NCBI GenBank assembly: GCA_023249195.1
Contig: JAHFDB010000003.1
Span: forward strand, 7,561 to 71,560
DNA from: a bacterium
Lineage (GTDB): Bacteria > Margulisbacteria > Marinamargulisbacteria > SXXA01 > JAHFDB01
Direction of reading: 5' to 3'
Length of the DNA: 64,000 nucleotides
Within the stretch, counting starts at the first letter, position 1, and each line of letters starts with the position of its first letter. The translations under genes were made by a program, and so were the position numbers. Positions 47,651 to 57,930 of this stretch are shown here, in pieces. Below the pieces are notes generated by a model that worked only from the letters and a program-made list of their open reading frames with translations, did not search any database and was not told the origin of the DNA.

Positions 47651-47841
47651 AGGTGGGTAAAGAACAGGCTTGAACGCTAAAGAAACAAGTTTTTTATGGC
47701 CGTGAAGGCCGCAGGTATGTTGGAAAAAGCCAACATGAAACGAGGAAAAACGAAGATTCTTTACCCCCCAGCTACCATGGTTCCCTCTATTTCATATTTA
47801 TAAACACCATGTTTTTTCGGAAGATCCGTTTTAAATAAGCG

Positions 47842-49545
47842 TTAGCATTCAGAAGACAGTTCTTGGGCTGCTTCTGGAGGATATTTTTTACACAAATCCA
47901 TGACAGATCCAAGCAACTTATACATCCCCTCATCTTCACCCATTCTGATTCTTGTCGAGCTTACACCTCGCAAAGGCTCTTCTTCGAAAATGAGTATTTG
48001 ATCTTGAGCTGACCAAGAAAATTGTTGTATGGAGTCAGAAACCCCTGAAGCCGTATCGGTACCCCGAACAAACACATGATGCGCTATAGTGGACACCAAA
48101 CCTGCTTGTGCTCTGCTTTCATAACAAGACTTTATTTTATCGGAACCTATGACGTGGACGACTTTAGTATCTGAATTCCCATGCTTTACAAGCTTGTCCA
48201 TATTGGGATAAAGCTCACGCCAATTGCCTCGATTGGTAACCACCACACTCATATACGGATATTTTTTTTGAATAGTTTGAAGCATGATTAATCTATCTTC
48301 AAGTGAATAGCGCGGTGTTTTTGTGGGATGATCGAGAGAAACGCACAAAACCCCATATTTCGCACCGGTATTTGCTATTGTCTTTGCCAGTGCTTCAATA
48401 TGTCCTAAATGAGGGGGGTCAAAAGTTCCACATAAAACAGCGACACTCTTTCCTTGTGGATTAAAAAATTGTTGAGGGGGGATGAGTTCTTTCGCTTGAA
48501 AAGACGATCCTCTTTGAATCCTGGAAAGCCCACCAGAAAACAACGTCCTTCTTTTATCCAACTCGGCTCCGAGTTCGGTCTCGTCTCTACACCCAAAATA
48601 GCCATAGGCTTTGTGAACCCATCTCACACCCACTATATCTGGATCAGGCCATTTATTAAGATGCGCCTCTATGTTTGGAATTGAGCCTTTATCAGCAACA
48701 AAAACCCTATCCAGTTTAGCCACCGCCATCCGTTTCTCTCTTGCTTCATCTAACAATCTTTGGGGGGCTGGCTTTAGGGCTAATAGACCCGGCGGTAATT
48801 CTGGCCACTGTGCATTCCACGTCTGAAGAGAAGGATAACCCGTTGGAATGGGTGTATTGGGAGGCAAAAAATAATCCAGCTGTGGAACAGGAACAAACTG
48901 TGTCAGCCGTGGCCCTTTTGGAATAGGGGCGAGCATATAAACCCCTCTAAGTCCCATTTGACGAGCACATTCTTTAGATAAAGCCTGTAATACTCCCCCC
49001 AATTTTTGTCCTCTGTGCTTAGGATCCAAAGACAGCTGCTGAACACGGTGTAATTCAAGTTCCCTAAGCATCTTTTTGTGCCCATAATCTATCGGTGCAT
49101 GCCCAGGTTTAGTATCAACACCAAAAACACCCATCACATTTCCAGCTGGGTCTCGATCGGCGTGATCATCCTGAACAACATAATAGGCCGTTTCTTTTTG
49201 GCGCGCTACCAAATGCGGAACCTTCGCTTTTGCTACCAATTTATCCACAACCCCAGGAGGGATATACCCCATCTGGCCAGCCCCTTCTTGCATCAATTTG
49301 TAGCTTGTTTCCAAAACTCTAGACATATCCTGCATTAAAGGACCCTCACCAGGAGGTATGAGGATGGCTTTAAACCGTCCATCTTTTATGACCGGTGGCG
49401 GAGACACTGGCGTGGCCACCCACTTCATTGGCGCACGATTGGGGTTCAAAACCACCTGCGAAGCGTTACGCAGTGACCCCGCAGTTCGACAAAAAGCAGG
49501 GCTAGAAGCAGAGAATGGCATGGTTAGCATAAAAATAAGACTCAA
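47842..49545 (-). CDS. Fusion protein: GNAT acetyltransferase-like N-terminal domain joined to a NadD-like nicotinate/nicotinamide-nucleotide adenylyltransferase
   Basis: The C-terminal half has LCGTFDPPHLGHIEAL [(H/T)xGH] and GVSSTRIRMG (ISSTxIR). The N-terminal half has a GNAT motif A (QQLSLDPKHRGQKLGGVLQ). Length is 567 aa. Confidence 0.5.
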   Translation of the reverse strand: MSLIFMLTMPFSASSPAFCRTAGSLRNASQVVLNPNRAPMKWVATPVSPPPVIKDGRFKAILIPPGEGPLMQDMSRVLETSYKLMQEGAGQMGYIPPGVVDKLVAKAKVPHLVARQKETAYYVVQDDHADRDPAGNVMGVFGVDTKPGHAPIDYGHKKMLRELELHRVQQLSLDPKHRGQKLGGVLQALSKECARQMGLRGVYMLAPIPKGPRLTQFVPVPQLDYFLPPNTPIPTGYPSLQTWNAQWPELPPGLLALKPAPQRLLDEAREKRMAVAKLDRVFVADKGSIPNIEAHLNKWPDPDIVGVRWVHKAYGYFGCRDETELGAELDKRRTLFSGGLSRIQRGSSFQAKELIPPQQFFNPQGKSVAVLCGTFDPPHLGHIEALAKTIANTGAKYGVLCVSLDHPTKTPRYSLEDRLIMLQTIQKKYPYMSVVVTNRGNWRELYPNMDKLVKHGNSDTKVVHVIGSDKIKSCYESRAQAGLVSTIAHHVFVRGTDTASGVSDSIQQFSWSAQDQILIFEEEPLRGVSSTRIRMGEDEGMYKLLGSVMDLCKKYPPEAAQELSSEC

Positions 49546-49660
49546 ACTTTCTTGTCTGGGTTTTTAGTTCTTAAAATCTAGAACAAAGCCCTTATTTTGC
49601 AGGAAATCTTTCTACCATATATGTAAAAAAAACGTCAATATCTATTTAATTGCCTGATGA

Positions 49661-50962
49661 TCAGCCAAAATTGATCGAGTCCAGAAACTCTAGAACCCGT
49701 TTATCTATCACAATATCGCGTTTTTTGAGGGGGACCGTTAGGCCAATGCCATCAATACTGCGGCAGCGACTTAAAGCAACATAGGTTTGACCGTGGGCGA
49801 AGGCCCCGCTTTCGAGATCAATAATGACTTTATCGAAGGTTTTTCCTTGGCTTTTATGAATGGTCATGGCCCAGGCAAGCTTGAGCGGATACTGGGTGTA
49901 ATCGCCTACTTTTTCTTGAGACAGCGCTTTAGAGTCCGTATCAAAGCGATATTTAAACAGTTCCCATGTGTGTGGAAAAACAGTGACTTGGGTTCCCTCT
50001 GGTAAATCAACGAGTATAGCAGGGGTCTCGAATTGATCGTCGATTCTGTTTACACACCCAATGGTTCCATTTACCCATCGATTTCCCATGTCATTATTGA
50101 GAAACATCACTTGAGCCCCTGCCTTGAGCTGAAGTTCTGTTTCAGCGGGTGCATATTTAGAGTCAAATTCTTCTGAAATTTTTGCACTAAAAACCCTTTC
50201 GACAGAAGCCAATGTAAGCAGTTTTTTCTGGTTAAACAGATCTGCTTTTTTGTTGGTGGTGGTCAGTACGACACAGCCTTCGTCGATATCTTGTTTTTTT
50301 TTGTAACACTGTCGGTTAAACGACTGCAAATGGGACTCTGACAGTGTGTTATCTCGGACTGCATTTAAAAATTCGATAAACAGCGGATCTTGCTGCCGGA
50401 AAACTTTTTCAAGCTCCACCCTTTGCCACTCAAAATGCGGATTGGCCATGACCTCTGCCGAAAAAAAATAGGGGCTTGCATAAAGCTCGTGAAAATAAAC
50501 GCTGTCTTCTCGGGTAAGCACCGGGGGCAGCTGCATCAGATCCCCAATCAAAATCATTTTTTTCCCCCCAAAAGGTTTGGTTGTTTTACACACCGTTCTG
50601 AGAAAAATATCGACACACTCAAACACATCGGCCCTAACCATCGAAATTTCATCAATCACAATGGTTTGAATAGCCTCATAAAAGTCGGTTTTTTTAATTT
50701 TTGCGGCTGTCTTTCTGGCAGATTCCGGCGTCACTGTGGTCCCAAACCGAAAGAAAGAGTGGATCGTTTCTCCTTTTACATTTAAGGCCGCCACCCCAGT
50801 CGAGGCTAACACCACCACAGACTTTCGCGTATGTTCTCTAAAATAAGACAAGAGCGTCGATTTCCCTGTACCTGCCTTTCCCGTCAGAAAAAGCGACTGA
50901 GGACTTTTTTCCATGAGGTCTAAAATACGGATAAAATCAGAATTCAGCTCAATCGATGTCAT
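49661..50962 (-). CDS. Pif1/RecD-like superfamily 1 DNA helicase
   Basis: The Walker A motif LTGKAGTGKST, an AAA_30-like core and a C-terminal UvrD_C_2-like segment (TIHKSQGKTFDKV) are present. Length is 433 aa. Confidence 0.65.
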   Translation of the reverse strand: MTSIELNSDFIRILDLMEKSPQSLFLTGKAGTGKSTLLSYFREHTRKSVVVLASTGVAALNVKGETIHSFFRFGTTVTPESARKTAAKIKKTDFYEAIQTIVIDEISMVRADVFECVDIFLRTVCKTTKPFGGKKMILIGDLMQLPPVLTREDSVYFHELYASPYFFSAEVMANPHFEWQRVELEKVFRQQDPLFIEFLNAVRDNTLSESHLQSFNRQCYKKKQDIDEGCVVLTTTNKKADLFNQKKLLTLASVERVFSAKISEEFDSKYAPAETELQLKAGAQVMFLNNDMGNRWVNGTIGCVNRIDDQFETPAILVDLPEGTQVTVFPHTWELFKYRFDTDSKALSQEKVGDYTQYPLKLAWAMTIHKSQGKTFDKVIIDLESGAFAHGQTYVALSRCRSIDGIGLTVPLKKRDIVIDKRVLEFLDSINFG

Positions 50963-51013
50963 GGCGTTTAGGATATACCGGAAACATAAAAAATACGATA
51001 TGATACGGTTTAT

Positions 51014-52069
51014 ATGTCTTTTTTAATCACTCTACTTGCGCTTGGCATTGTTATTTTTATCCACGAATTAGGTCACTTGTTGGCGGCTAAAAGGGCGGGG
51101 GTTGGCGCCTTAGAGTTTAGCATTGGGATGGGACCTAAGCTTTTCTCCAAAACAGTGAATGAAACCGAGTATAGCCTGCGTCTGTTTCCCGTGGGCGGTT
51201 TTGTCAAACTAGCCGGGCTCGATGACGGAGAGACCGAATGCCCCCCTGAGCTTAACTATTTCAATAAATCCTATTTGCAACGCCTTTTGACTTTGGCCGC
51301 TGGGGCCTTTATGAATTTAATTTTGGGGCTATGCATTTATATTGTCTTATTTGTTTCTGTTGGCAAACAAATTATCTCGCCTCTTATTTCAGAGGTTTCA
51401 TTCAATACCCCGGCCGCTGTCGCTGGCCTTGAAAAAGGCGATCGATTGGTTTCTTTGAATGGCATTCCTATTCAAGATGCAAAGGATGACTTTATTCAAG
51501 TTGTGAACCACTCGGTTGGAAAACCCTTGACCTTGGTTTATACCCACCATGCCTTGCCTAAAACGGTCATTATTGTTCCTGTTGCCAACAAACATGGGCT
51601 TGGAATCATTGGGGTTTCACTTATGCCCTCTATGGTCAAACTGCCTTTTTTTCAGGCTATTCCAGATGCCCTCGCGTTTTCTTTTGCTCAAATTAAAAAT
51701 GTTTTTATCAGCCTTAAGCTGCTATTTACGGGAAAAGTAAGTCTGTCAGAAATTTCTGGACCCGTTGGAATTATTCAATTGGCCTCTTTCGGCTTTAAAC
51801 AAGGTTTTTATCAATTTATGAGTGTTATTGCAATGATTAATATGAGCTTAGGAGTCGCTAACTTGCTCCCCTTTCCTGTATTGGATGGTGGTCATATTAT
51901 GCTTTTGGGACTCGAAGCACTTCGAAAAAAGAGGCTCAGCGAAAAAACCGAAGGGTGGATCACCACCATTGGAGCAAGCATTTTAATTGCCTTGATGGTC
52001 ATTGTCATTGGAAATGATCTTCTAAACTGGGAAGCCAGAAACCATCTTTTTAAAGGATTTCATCCATGA
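51014..52069 (+). CDS. rseP: Site-2 protease RseP (zinc metalloprotease)
   Basis: HELGHLLAAK (HExxH), a PDZ segment (LEKGDRLVSLNG) and the LDGG motif are present. At 351 aa it is shorter than E. coli RseP. Confidence 0.75.
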   Translation: MSFLITLLALGIVIFIHELGHLLAAKRAGVGALEFSIGMGPKLFSKTVNETEYSLRLFPVGGFVKLAGLDDGETECPPELNYFNKSYLQRLLTLAAGAFMNLILGLCIYIVLFVSVGKQIISPLISEVSFNTPAAVAGLEKGDRLVSLNGIPIQDAKDDFIQVVNHSVGKPLTLVYTHHALPKTVIIVPVANKHGLGIIGVSLMPSMVKLPFFQAIPDALAFSFAQIKNVFISLKLLFTGKVSLSEISGPVGIIQLASFGFKQGFYQFMSVIAMINMSLGVANLLPFPVLDGGHIMLLGLEALRKKRLSEKTEGWITTIGASILIALMVIVIGNDLLNWEARNHLFKGFHP

Positions 52070-54045
52070 CCCCTTCTTCAACGCTTCAGTTAATTGCCAA
52101 TACGATTCGAGGACTTTCTATCGATGCTATTGAGGCCGCTGGATGTGGGCATCCAGGACTTCCTTTGGGCTGTGCCGAAATTGGGGCCTTTCTTTTTGCA
52201 AAAGGGCTTCGCTATCATCCACATCATCCTGAATGGATCAACCGCGACCGCTTTATTCTTTCTGCAGGACATGGATCAATGTTGCTTTATGCAGCCCTCC
52301 ATTTGTCTGGGTATGACCTGAGCTTGGAAGATATCCGCCACTTTAGGCGTTATCACTCTCCCACAGCAGGGCACCCCGAATATCGTGAAATTCCGGGAAT
52401 TGAAACCACAACAGGTCCCTTGGGACAGGGATTTGCGACAGGTGCGGGTATCGCTTTAGGTCAAAAAATGATGGAAGCTCAATTCGAGCTTGATTCAGCC
52501 AAACTTTTAGATGCCAAAGTGGTCATATTGGTCGGAGACGGCTGCATGATGGAAGGCATTACCTCTGAAACCAGCTCGCTATCGGGGCATCTTCAGCTTG
52601 AAAATATGATTGTGATTTATGATTCGAATGAAATTTGTCTAGATGGGCCCACACACGAGTGTTTTTCTGAAAATGTTCAGGCCCGATACGAGGCCTACGG
52701 ATGGGACGTCCAGATTATTGATGGCCACCATTTTGAAGAGATCGAACAGGCTTACACGCAGGCTCACACCGCCAAAGGAAAGCCCCAACTTATTATTGCT
52801 AAAACTGTCATTGGAAAAGGGTCTCCTCATTATGCAGGCACCAGCGATGTTCACGGAAAAGCCCTTGGGAAAGAAGAGACGCTTCTAACCAAACATGCGC
52901 TTGGCATTCCGGCGGAACCTCTTTTTCATGTCCCAGAGGAAGTCACTCATTTTTTTACTCAGCATCTTGAAACATTGACTCAAGCTTACACCCAGTGGCA
53001 AACCGATTTTTCTGCTTGGGAAGCGGCCAATCCAGAAAAGGCACAGCGGTTTCACACCTATTTAGATAAAACCCTTCCTGATGATTTTGACGGCATTCTC
53101 AAAGCCATTGAGATCAAACCAGGGTTAGCCACCCGTGCATCCTCTGGGACCATTTTACAAACACTTCATTCCCATTTGGGCTATCTTGTAGGCGGCTCGG
53201 CAGACTTGTCTGGATCGGACAATACATGGATGAAAGCGGGGGGGATGGTGTCTTCAGGGTCTTACGAAGGACGCAATATTAAATTTGGGGTCCGTGAATT
53301 TGCCATGGCTGCGATGTGTTCTGGCTTAGCTCTTCAAGGAATGATTTTGCCCTATTGCGGTACATTCTTTACCTTTTCAGACTATATGAGAAACGCCATT
53401 CGACTGGCCGCCTTAATGAAGTTAAGGGTTATCTATCAGTTTACCCATGATAGTATTTTCTTAGGAGAAGACGGCCCTACCCATCAACCGGTCGAGCACT
53501 TGGCTTCGCTTCGGGCCATGCCTCATTTGGTGGTTATCCGACCTGCAGACGCTACGGAGGTAAAAGGGGCTTGGTCTGTGGCTTTGTCTTTAAATCAACC
53601 GTGTGCCTTGGTGTTATCTCGACAATCAGCCCCAGATCTTGATCACACCAAATTTGAAGCTGTTGCCAGAGGTGCCTATGTGGTTCACCGTGAAAAGGGC
53701 CCCCACATTGATTTTTGTCTCTTAGCTACCGGCACAGAAGTGCATTTGGCCATTGAATGCGCCAAGGCCCTTGAAGAAAAAGGCCGCGTTGTAAGAGTCG
53801 TCTCTTTTCCCTCTTTTGAACTTTTCAATCGCCAGGACAAGGCCTACAAGGAGGCTATTTTGGGTGGCAACATTCGCCAATTTGTCTCTATAGAAGCACT
53901 TGTTTCTTTCGGATGGCATCAGTACATTGGACGTGACGGTATCGCTATTTCAGTCGATACATTTGGGCTCAGTGCACCCGCCAAGGATCTGGCCACCCAC
54001 TTCGGATTTACCGTCGAACGCATTTTGGCCAAGCTTCTTCTATGA
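52066..54045 (+). CDS. tkt: Transketolase
   Basis: The TPP-binding N-terminus (GHPGLPLGCAEI, SAGHGSMLLYA) and the GEDGPTHQP motif are present. Confidence 0.9.
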   Translation: MTPSSTLQLIANTIRGLSIDAIEAAGCGHPGLPLGCAEIGAFLFAKGLRYHPHHPEWINRDRFILSAGHGSMLLYAALHLSGYDLSLEDIRHFRRYHSPTAGHPEYREIPGIETTTGPLGQGFATGAGIALGQKMMEAQFELDSAKLLDAKVVILVGDGCMMEGITSETSSLSGHLQLENMIVIYDSNEICLDGPTHECFSENVQARYEAYGWDVQIIDGHHFEEIEQAYTQAHTAKGKPQLIIAKTVIGKGSPHYAGTSDVHGKALGKEETLLTKHALGIPAEPLFHVPEEVTHFFTQHLETLTQAYTQWQTDFSAWEAANPEKAQRFHTYLDKTLPDDFDGILKAIEIKPGLATRASSGTILQTLHSHLGYLVGGSADLSGSDNTWMKAGGMVSSGSYEGRNIKFGVREFAMAAMCSGLALQGMILPYCGTFFTFSDYMRNAIRLAALMKLRVIYQFTHDSIFLGEDGPTHQPVEHLASLRAMPHLVVIRPADATEVKGAWSVALSLNQPCALVLSRQSAPDLDHTKFEAVARGAYVVHREKGPHIDFCLLATGTEVHLAIECAKALEEKGRVVRVVSFPSFELFNRQDKAYKEAILGGNIRQFVSIEALVSFGWHQYIGRDGIAISVDTFGLSAPAKDLATHFGFTVERILAKLLL

Positions 54046-54725
54046 TTCGCATCAAAAACCTTCGTAAAGTTCATAACAACGGATTCGTTGCCCTCGATGG
54101 GATTAATTTAAGCATCGAAAAAGATGAATTTGTCTATTTAGTAGGCCCTTCCGGCGCCGGCAAATCGACCCTTTTAAACATGATTTTTAGGGCTGACATT
54201 CCTACCTCTGGCGAAATTTATATCAATAATTTTTCAATTAATTCAATGGCACCAAAGCAAATTCCCCTGCTAAGACGAAGCATTGGATTTATTTTTCAAG
54301 ATTATAAGCTTCTGCCCAGACGAACGGTCTATGAAAATGTCGCATTTGCACTTCGGGTCATGCATTTTGACCGCTCGCGCATTCGTCGACAGGTCACCCA
54401 GGTATTAGAACTTGTAGGGCTTCAGCAAAAAATGAAGCACCTTCCTTCCGAACTTTCAGGGGGGGAACAACAACGCATTTGTCTGGCCCGAGCCATTGTG
54501 AACAACCCCCCTATTTTATTAGCAGATGAGCCTACAGGCAGTTTAGATCCTGATACTTCTTGGGAAATTATGCAGTTATTGAGTAAAATTAATGCACGGC
54601 AAACCACCGTCATTGTTGCCACTCACAATAAAAGTATTGTAGATGACATTCGCAAACGGGTAGTCGCTCTGGAAAAAGGCCGTGTAGTACGAGATAAACG
54701 CCTTGGTCTTTATGATGAAAATTAA
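54042..54725 (+). CDS. ftsE: Cell-division ABC transporter ATP-binding protein FtsE
   Basis: Walker A (GPSGAGKST), the signature LSGGEQQR and Walker B (LLADEP) are present. FtsE-like length, and ftsX follows. Confidence 0.8.
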   Translation: MIRIKNLRKVHNNGFVALDGINLSIEKDEFVYLVGPSGAGKSTLLNMIFRADIPTSGEIYINNFSINSMAPKQIPLLRRSIGFIFQDYKLLPRRTVYENVAFALRVMHFDRSRIRRQVTQVLELVGLQQKMKHLPSELSGGEQQRICLARAIVNNPPILLADEPTGSLDPDTSWEIMQLLSKINARQTTVIVATHNKSIVDDIRKRVVALEKGRVVRDKRLGLYDEN

Positions 54726-54728
54726 GTC

Positions 54729-55628
54729 ATGAATATCGATTCCATTATTCGAGATACCATGTTTTTTGTATCCGAGGCCTTTATTGGCATGCGCCGTTCG
54801 GGCATTATGATTTTCATTTCTATTGCGACGATTAGCGTTTCTTTGATTGTTTTTGGGCTTTTTCTTTTGATTTCTTTGAACATGAACAACTTGGCTAATT
54901 TTATTTCTTCTAAGCTTGAAATTCGGGTGTATTTAAAAAATGGACTTTCTCCTGCTGAAATTGGGGATTTCAAAAATCGTATCAGTCGCATGACGCATGT
55001 CAAAGATGTTGTCTATGTCGATAAAGAAACCGCATGGGTTCAATTTCGCGATAATTTTAAGACGATGGATTTATCTGATCTCATGGGCGAAAACCCTTTA
55101 CCCGATTCTTTTCATGTCTATTTAACCAATACCCAAGAAATTTCCACTTTAGCAACCTATTTAAAAGGGTTTACTCAGGTTGAAGATGTTGGTTACATGG
55201 GTGCTATCGCTGAACGTATTGCTTTGTTTTCTAAATTTACCAAAATTGCCGGTCTGATTTTAGTAGGTCTTTTAACCGTCGCCACCTTATTAATTACAGT
55301 TAACACCATTCGTTTAACGGTTATTGCTCGGCAAAATGAAATTATTATTATGAATTTGGTGGGGGCTACCCATCAGTTTATTCAGTGGCCCTTTATTATT
55401 GAGGGGCTGATCATGGGGTTATTAGGCTCCGTGATCTCGATTGTTTTTCTGAAATCATCCTACTTTTTCTTTGCCTTTCGATTTCAGAAAACCCTCCCCT
55501 ATTTTCCCTTGGTATTTGACTCTTTTAGTCTGAATATGGTGTTTTTTTCCGTAGCCGTTGTGGGTACCATTCTAGGCATTTTAGGGGCGTATATTTCCGT
55601 ATCCAAATCCCTTAAAACGACCCTATAA
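54729..55628 (+). CDS. ftsX: Cell-division permease-like protein FtsX
   Basis: The 1TM-periplasmic domain-3TM topology typical of FtsX is predicted, and the gene is directly downstream of ftsE. Confidence 0.7.
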   Translation: MNIDSIIRDTMFFVSEAFIGMRRSGIMIFISIATISVSLIVFGLFLLISLNMNNLANFISSKLEIRVYLKNGLSPAEIGDFKNRISRMTHVKDVVYVDKETAWVQFRDNFKTMDLSDLMGENPLPDSFHVYLTNTQEISTLATYLKGFTQVEDVGYMGAIAERIALFSKFTKIAGLILVGLLTVATLLITVNTIRLTVIARQNEIIIMNLVGATHQFIQWPFIIEGLIMGLLGSVISIVFLKSSYFFFAFRFQKTLPYFPLVFDSFSLNMVFFSVAVVGTILGILGAYISVSKSLKTTL

Positions 55629-55642
55629 CAAAAGGAGCTTTT

Positions 55643-57058
55643 ATGTTGAAATTTATGCGAGAAAAAGCCCACATTTTTGGATGGGGCATTGTCATTTTTT
55701 TTGTTGGAACGATGTTTAGTGGGGCTTTTTCTCTCAAAAATATGTTTCATAGAGGACCACAAAAAACTATGGCCTCAAGCCAATTGGCCATGGTTGGAGA
55801 TACCCCTGTGAGTACAGAGAAGTACAGCGAACTTTTGAATCAAACTATGATGCAATTCCAAAAACAACATGTCCAAAGACTTGAACCTGAAATGGCTGAA
55901 ATGGTGGCCTATTCGGCCCTGAATCAGGCAGCTCAATTTACACTCTTAAAAGAAGGGGCCAAAAAAAGTAATATTAAAATTAAAGGGTCTGACGTAGATA
56001 TCGCACTGGAAGCTGTTTATCGCCAATATGACCTTAAAGGCAAGTCTCAGCTCAAGGATCTCTTAAAGAAAAACAAATATCCCTATAAAGACTTTATTGC
56101 GTCTTTAAAACAGGATATTCAAATTCAAAAATTTACCGAGAATCTTCGAAAACAGGTTCACGTTTCTGAAAAAGATGTCCAAAATAAATATACCCAAGTA
56201 TCGGTAGAACACCTTTTACTGTTGTCAGACAACAAAAAAGACGAAGACGTACTCAAACGTATTCAACCCATTGAAAAAATGATTCGAGGGGGTATGCCTT
56301 TTGAAAAAGCAGTTTCCCAATACTCTGAAGATACGAAAACACGAGATAAAAATGGCTCTCTCGGATGGGTTCGTACAGGTCAAACTCTTCAAGAATTTGA
56401 AGAGGTCGCCTTTGGTTTAGATAAAGGGGGCATCTCTGGCCCTGTCAAAACAGCTGTGGGATATCACCTTATTAAGGTTTTAGATAAAAAAATCAATGTA
56501 CCGACTACCCTCAATATGGCGGCCGAAAAAGCGGCCGTTCTACAAGACAAACAAAACCGAGCCATTCAAAACTTTGTTCAAGGGATCTTGGCACATTCTA
56601 AACTTACGGTCATTGATCCTTCTTTAAAGGCCTATCATGCAAAAATTTTTGGAGACATTCCCGGGGCTATTGCGGCTTACCAAAGTCAAATTTCTGCCAA
56701 TCCGTCCAACCCTATTCCACACTATTTACTCGCGAAACTCTATGCCTTAACAAAGGAACCTGAACATATCAAAGAAGAATTGGACAAGGCCAATTTGAAG
56801 GCTGATTTAAACCCAGGACTCGATTTTCCAGGCCTTCATATTCTTACTGGAAAATATGCGGGCGAGGCCCATCTTCCCCAAGAAAAGGCCAAGCAGTTTA
56901 CGAAGGCCATTGCATTAGCAACCGATCGCTTTAGCCTCAAGGGGCTTGAATCGACATTTAAAAACATGAAAGAACCTGAATTTGAGCGTGAAGTCCAACA
57001 GGCTTTAGCCAAAATTCCCCAAGAACCCTCTCCTCTAGCTCCGCCCCGTGTCCAATAA
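55643..57058 (+). CDS. Membrane-anchored parvulin-type peptidyl-prolyl isomerase (PpiD/SurA-like chaperone)
   Basis: An N-terminal TM anchor and one PpiC domain (GSLGWVRTGQTLQEFEEVAFGL...GYHLIKV) are present. A Shine-Dalgarno aaggag lies upstream. Confidence 0.6.
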   Translation: MLKFMREKAHIFGWGIVIFFVGTMFSGAFSLKNMFHRGPQKTMASSQLAMVGDTPVSTEKYSELLNQTMMQFQKQHVQRLEPEMAEMVAYSALNQAAQFTLLKEGAKKSNIKIKGSDVDIALEAVYRQYDLKGKSQLKDLLKKNKYPYKDFIASLKQDIQIQKFTENLRKQVHVSEKDVQNKYTQVSVEHLLLLSDNKKDEDVLKRIQPIEKMIRGGMPFEKAVSQYSEDTKTRDKNGSLGWVRTGQTLQEFEEVAFGLDKGGISGPVKTAVGYHLIKVLDKKINVPTTLNMAAEKAAVLQDKQNRAIQNFVQGILAHSKLTVIDPSLKAYHAKIFGDIPGAIAAYQSQISANPSNPIPHYLLAKLYALTKEPEHIKEELDKANLKADLNPGLDFPGLHILTGKYAGEAHLPQEKAKQFTKAIALATDRFSLKGLESTFKNMKEPEFEREVQQALAKIPQEPSPLAPPRVQ

Positions 57059-57920
57059 GATTCGACTATCTAGTCTTTTTCTCACCCTCCTCTTGGTGGG
57101 TGGGTTGACCTGGGTGTCTGCAAAAGTGGGGTCGCAATCTCCATTTTCTGGAAATTTAAAAAAAGTTACCTATGCCCTGCCTTTAGAGCAACTCGATCCC
57201 AACACCTCTTTACATACCTTAACCGATTTTATTTCTGGTGAAATCACCGTTTTTCCGCTTAAATCCGAGGCCAATGGACTTGAGTTTAACGCCCTGTATA
57301 AAGTGCGAGAGGTCAGGCCCCTTGTACAGGCTGCGGGCAATTTCTTTTCAGTGCGATTAAAACCTTCAGGAAAATGGGGTTTCTCGAGTCGCAGTTATTG
57401 GAATATTGGGCTGAATCCTTCGCTTAGGCACAGCCTCGACATTCGTTCGCAGACATCGAGACAAACCCTTGATTTATCTGGCATTCCGTTAGAGGCGTTA
57501 ACCTGTACGGCTGAAGCCGGAAAGGTTGCTATTCGCTTTGATCGTCCGAACCCAATTGAAATGACCTGTTTAAATATTACCACCAAGGCCTCTGAGTGTC
57601 ATTTGGTGGGCCTGAATAATGCCCGGATCAAAACCTGCACATTAGAAGGGAAAACGGGGTACTATATACTCGATTTTTCCGGCCAACAAACGACTTCATG
57701 CAACATGACCTTGACAGGAAGCCTGGGGAAAACAACCCTGATTTTTCCTTCTCATTTGAATGCCAAAATTCTTTTAAAAGATTCGCATATCCATCTAAGC
57801 CATAAACACCTGGTAAAACACTCTAAAGAGGAATATGTCACAGCTGAATTTAACCCCAACGCCCCCCTTCTCACCCTTGTGGTGCACCTTGGGGTGGGCC
57901 GTTTTATCATTTCAGATTAA
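57048..57920 (+). CDS. Secreted hypothetical protein (possible Toastrack/DUF4097-like beta-rich domain)
   Basis: A signal peptide and repetitive beta-strand segments are present. Confidence 0.35.
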   Translation: MSNKIRLSSLFLTLLLVGGLTWVSAKVGSQSPFSGNLKKVTYALPLEQLDPNTSLHTLTDFISGEITVFPLKSEANGLEFNALYKVREVRPLVQAAGNFFSVRLKPSGKWGFSSRSYWNIGLNPSLRHSLDIRSQTSRQTLDLSGIPLEALTCTAEAGKVAIRFDRPNPIEMTCLNITTKASECHLVGLNNARIKTCTLEGKTGYYILDFSGQQTTSCNMTLTGSLGKTTLIFPSHLNAKILLKDSHIHLSHKHLVKHSKEEYVTAEFNPNAPLLTLVVHLGVGRFIISD

Positions 57921-57930
57921 GGAGATTTTG

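Noticed and set aside
47811-47827. 17-mer ttttcggaagatccgtt shared between 47811 and 63766 (a small palindrome cggaagatccg)
   Set aside because: It occurs only twice. One copy lies in a convergent intergenic region and the other upstream of ftsH, so there is no consistent context. The chance expectation for a 17-mer pair in 64 kb is not negligible (about 0.1), so it is treated as coincidence unless a genome-wide motif search shows enrichment.
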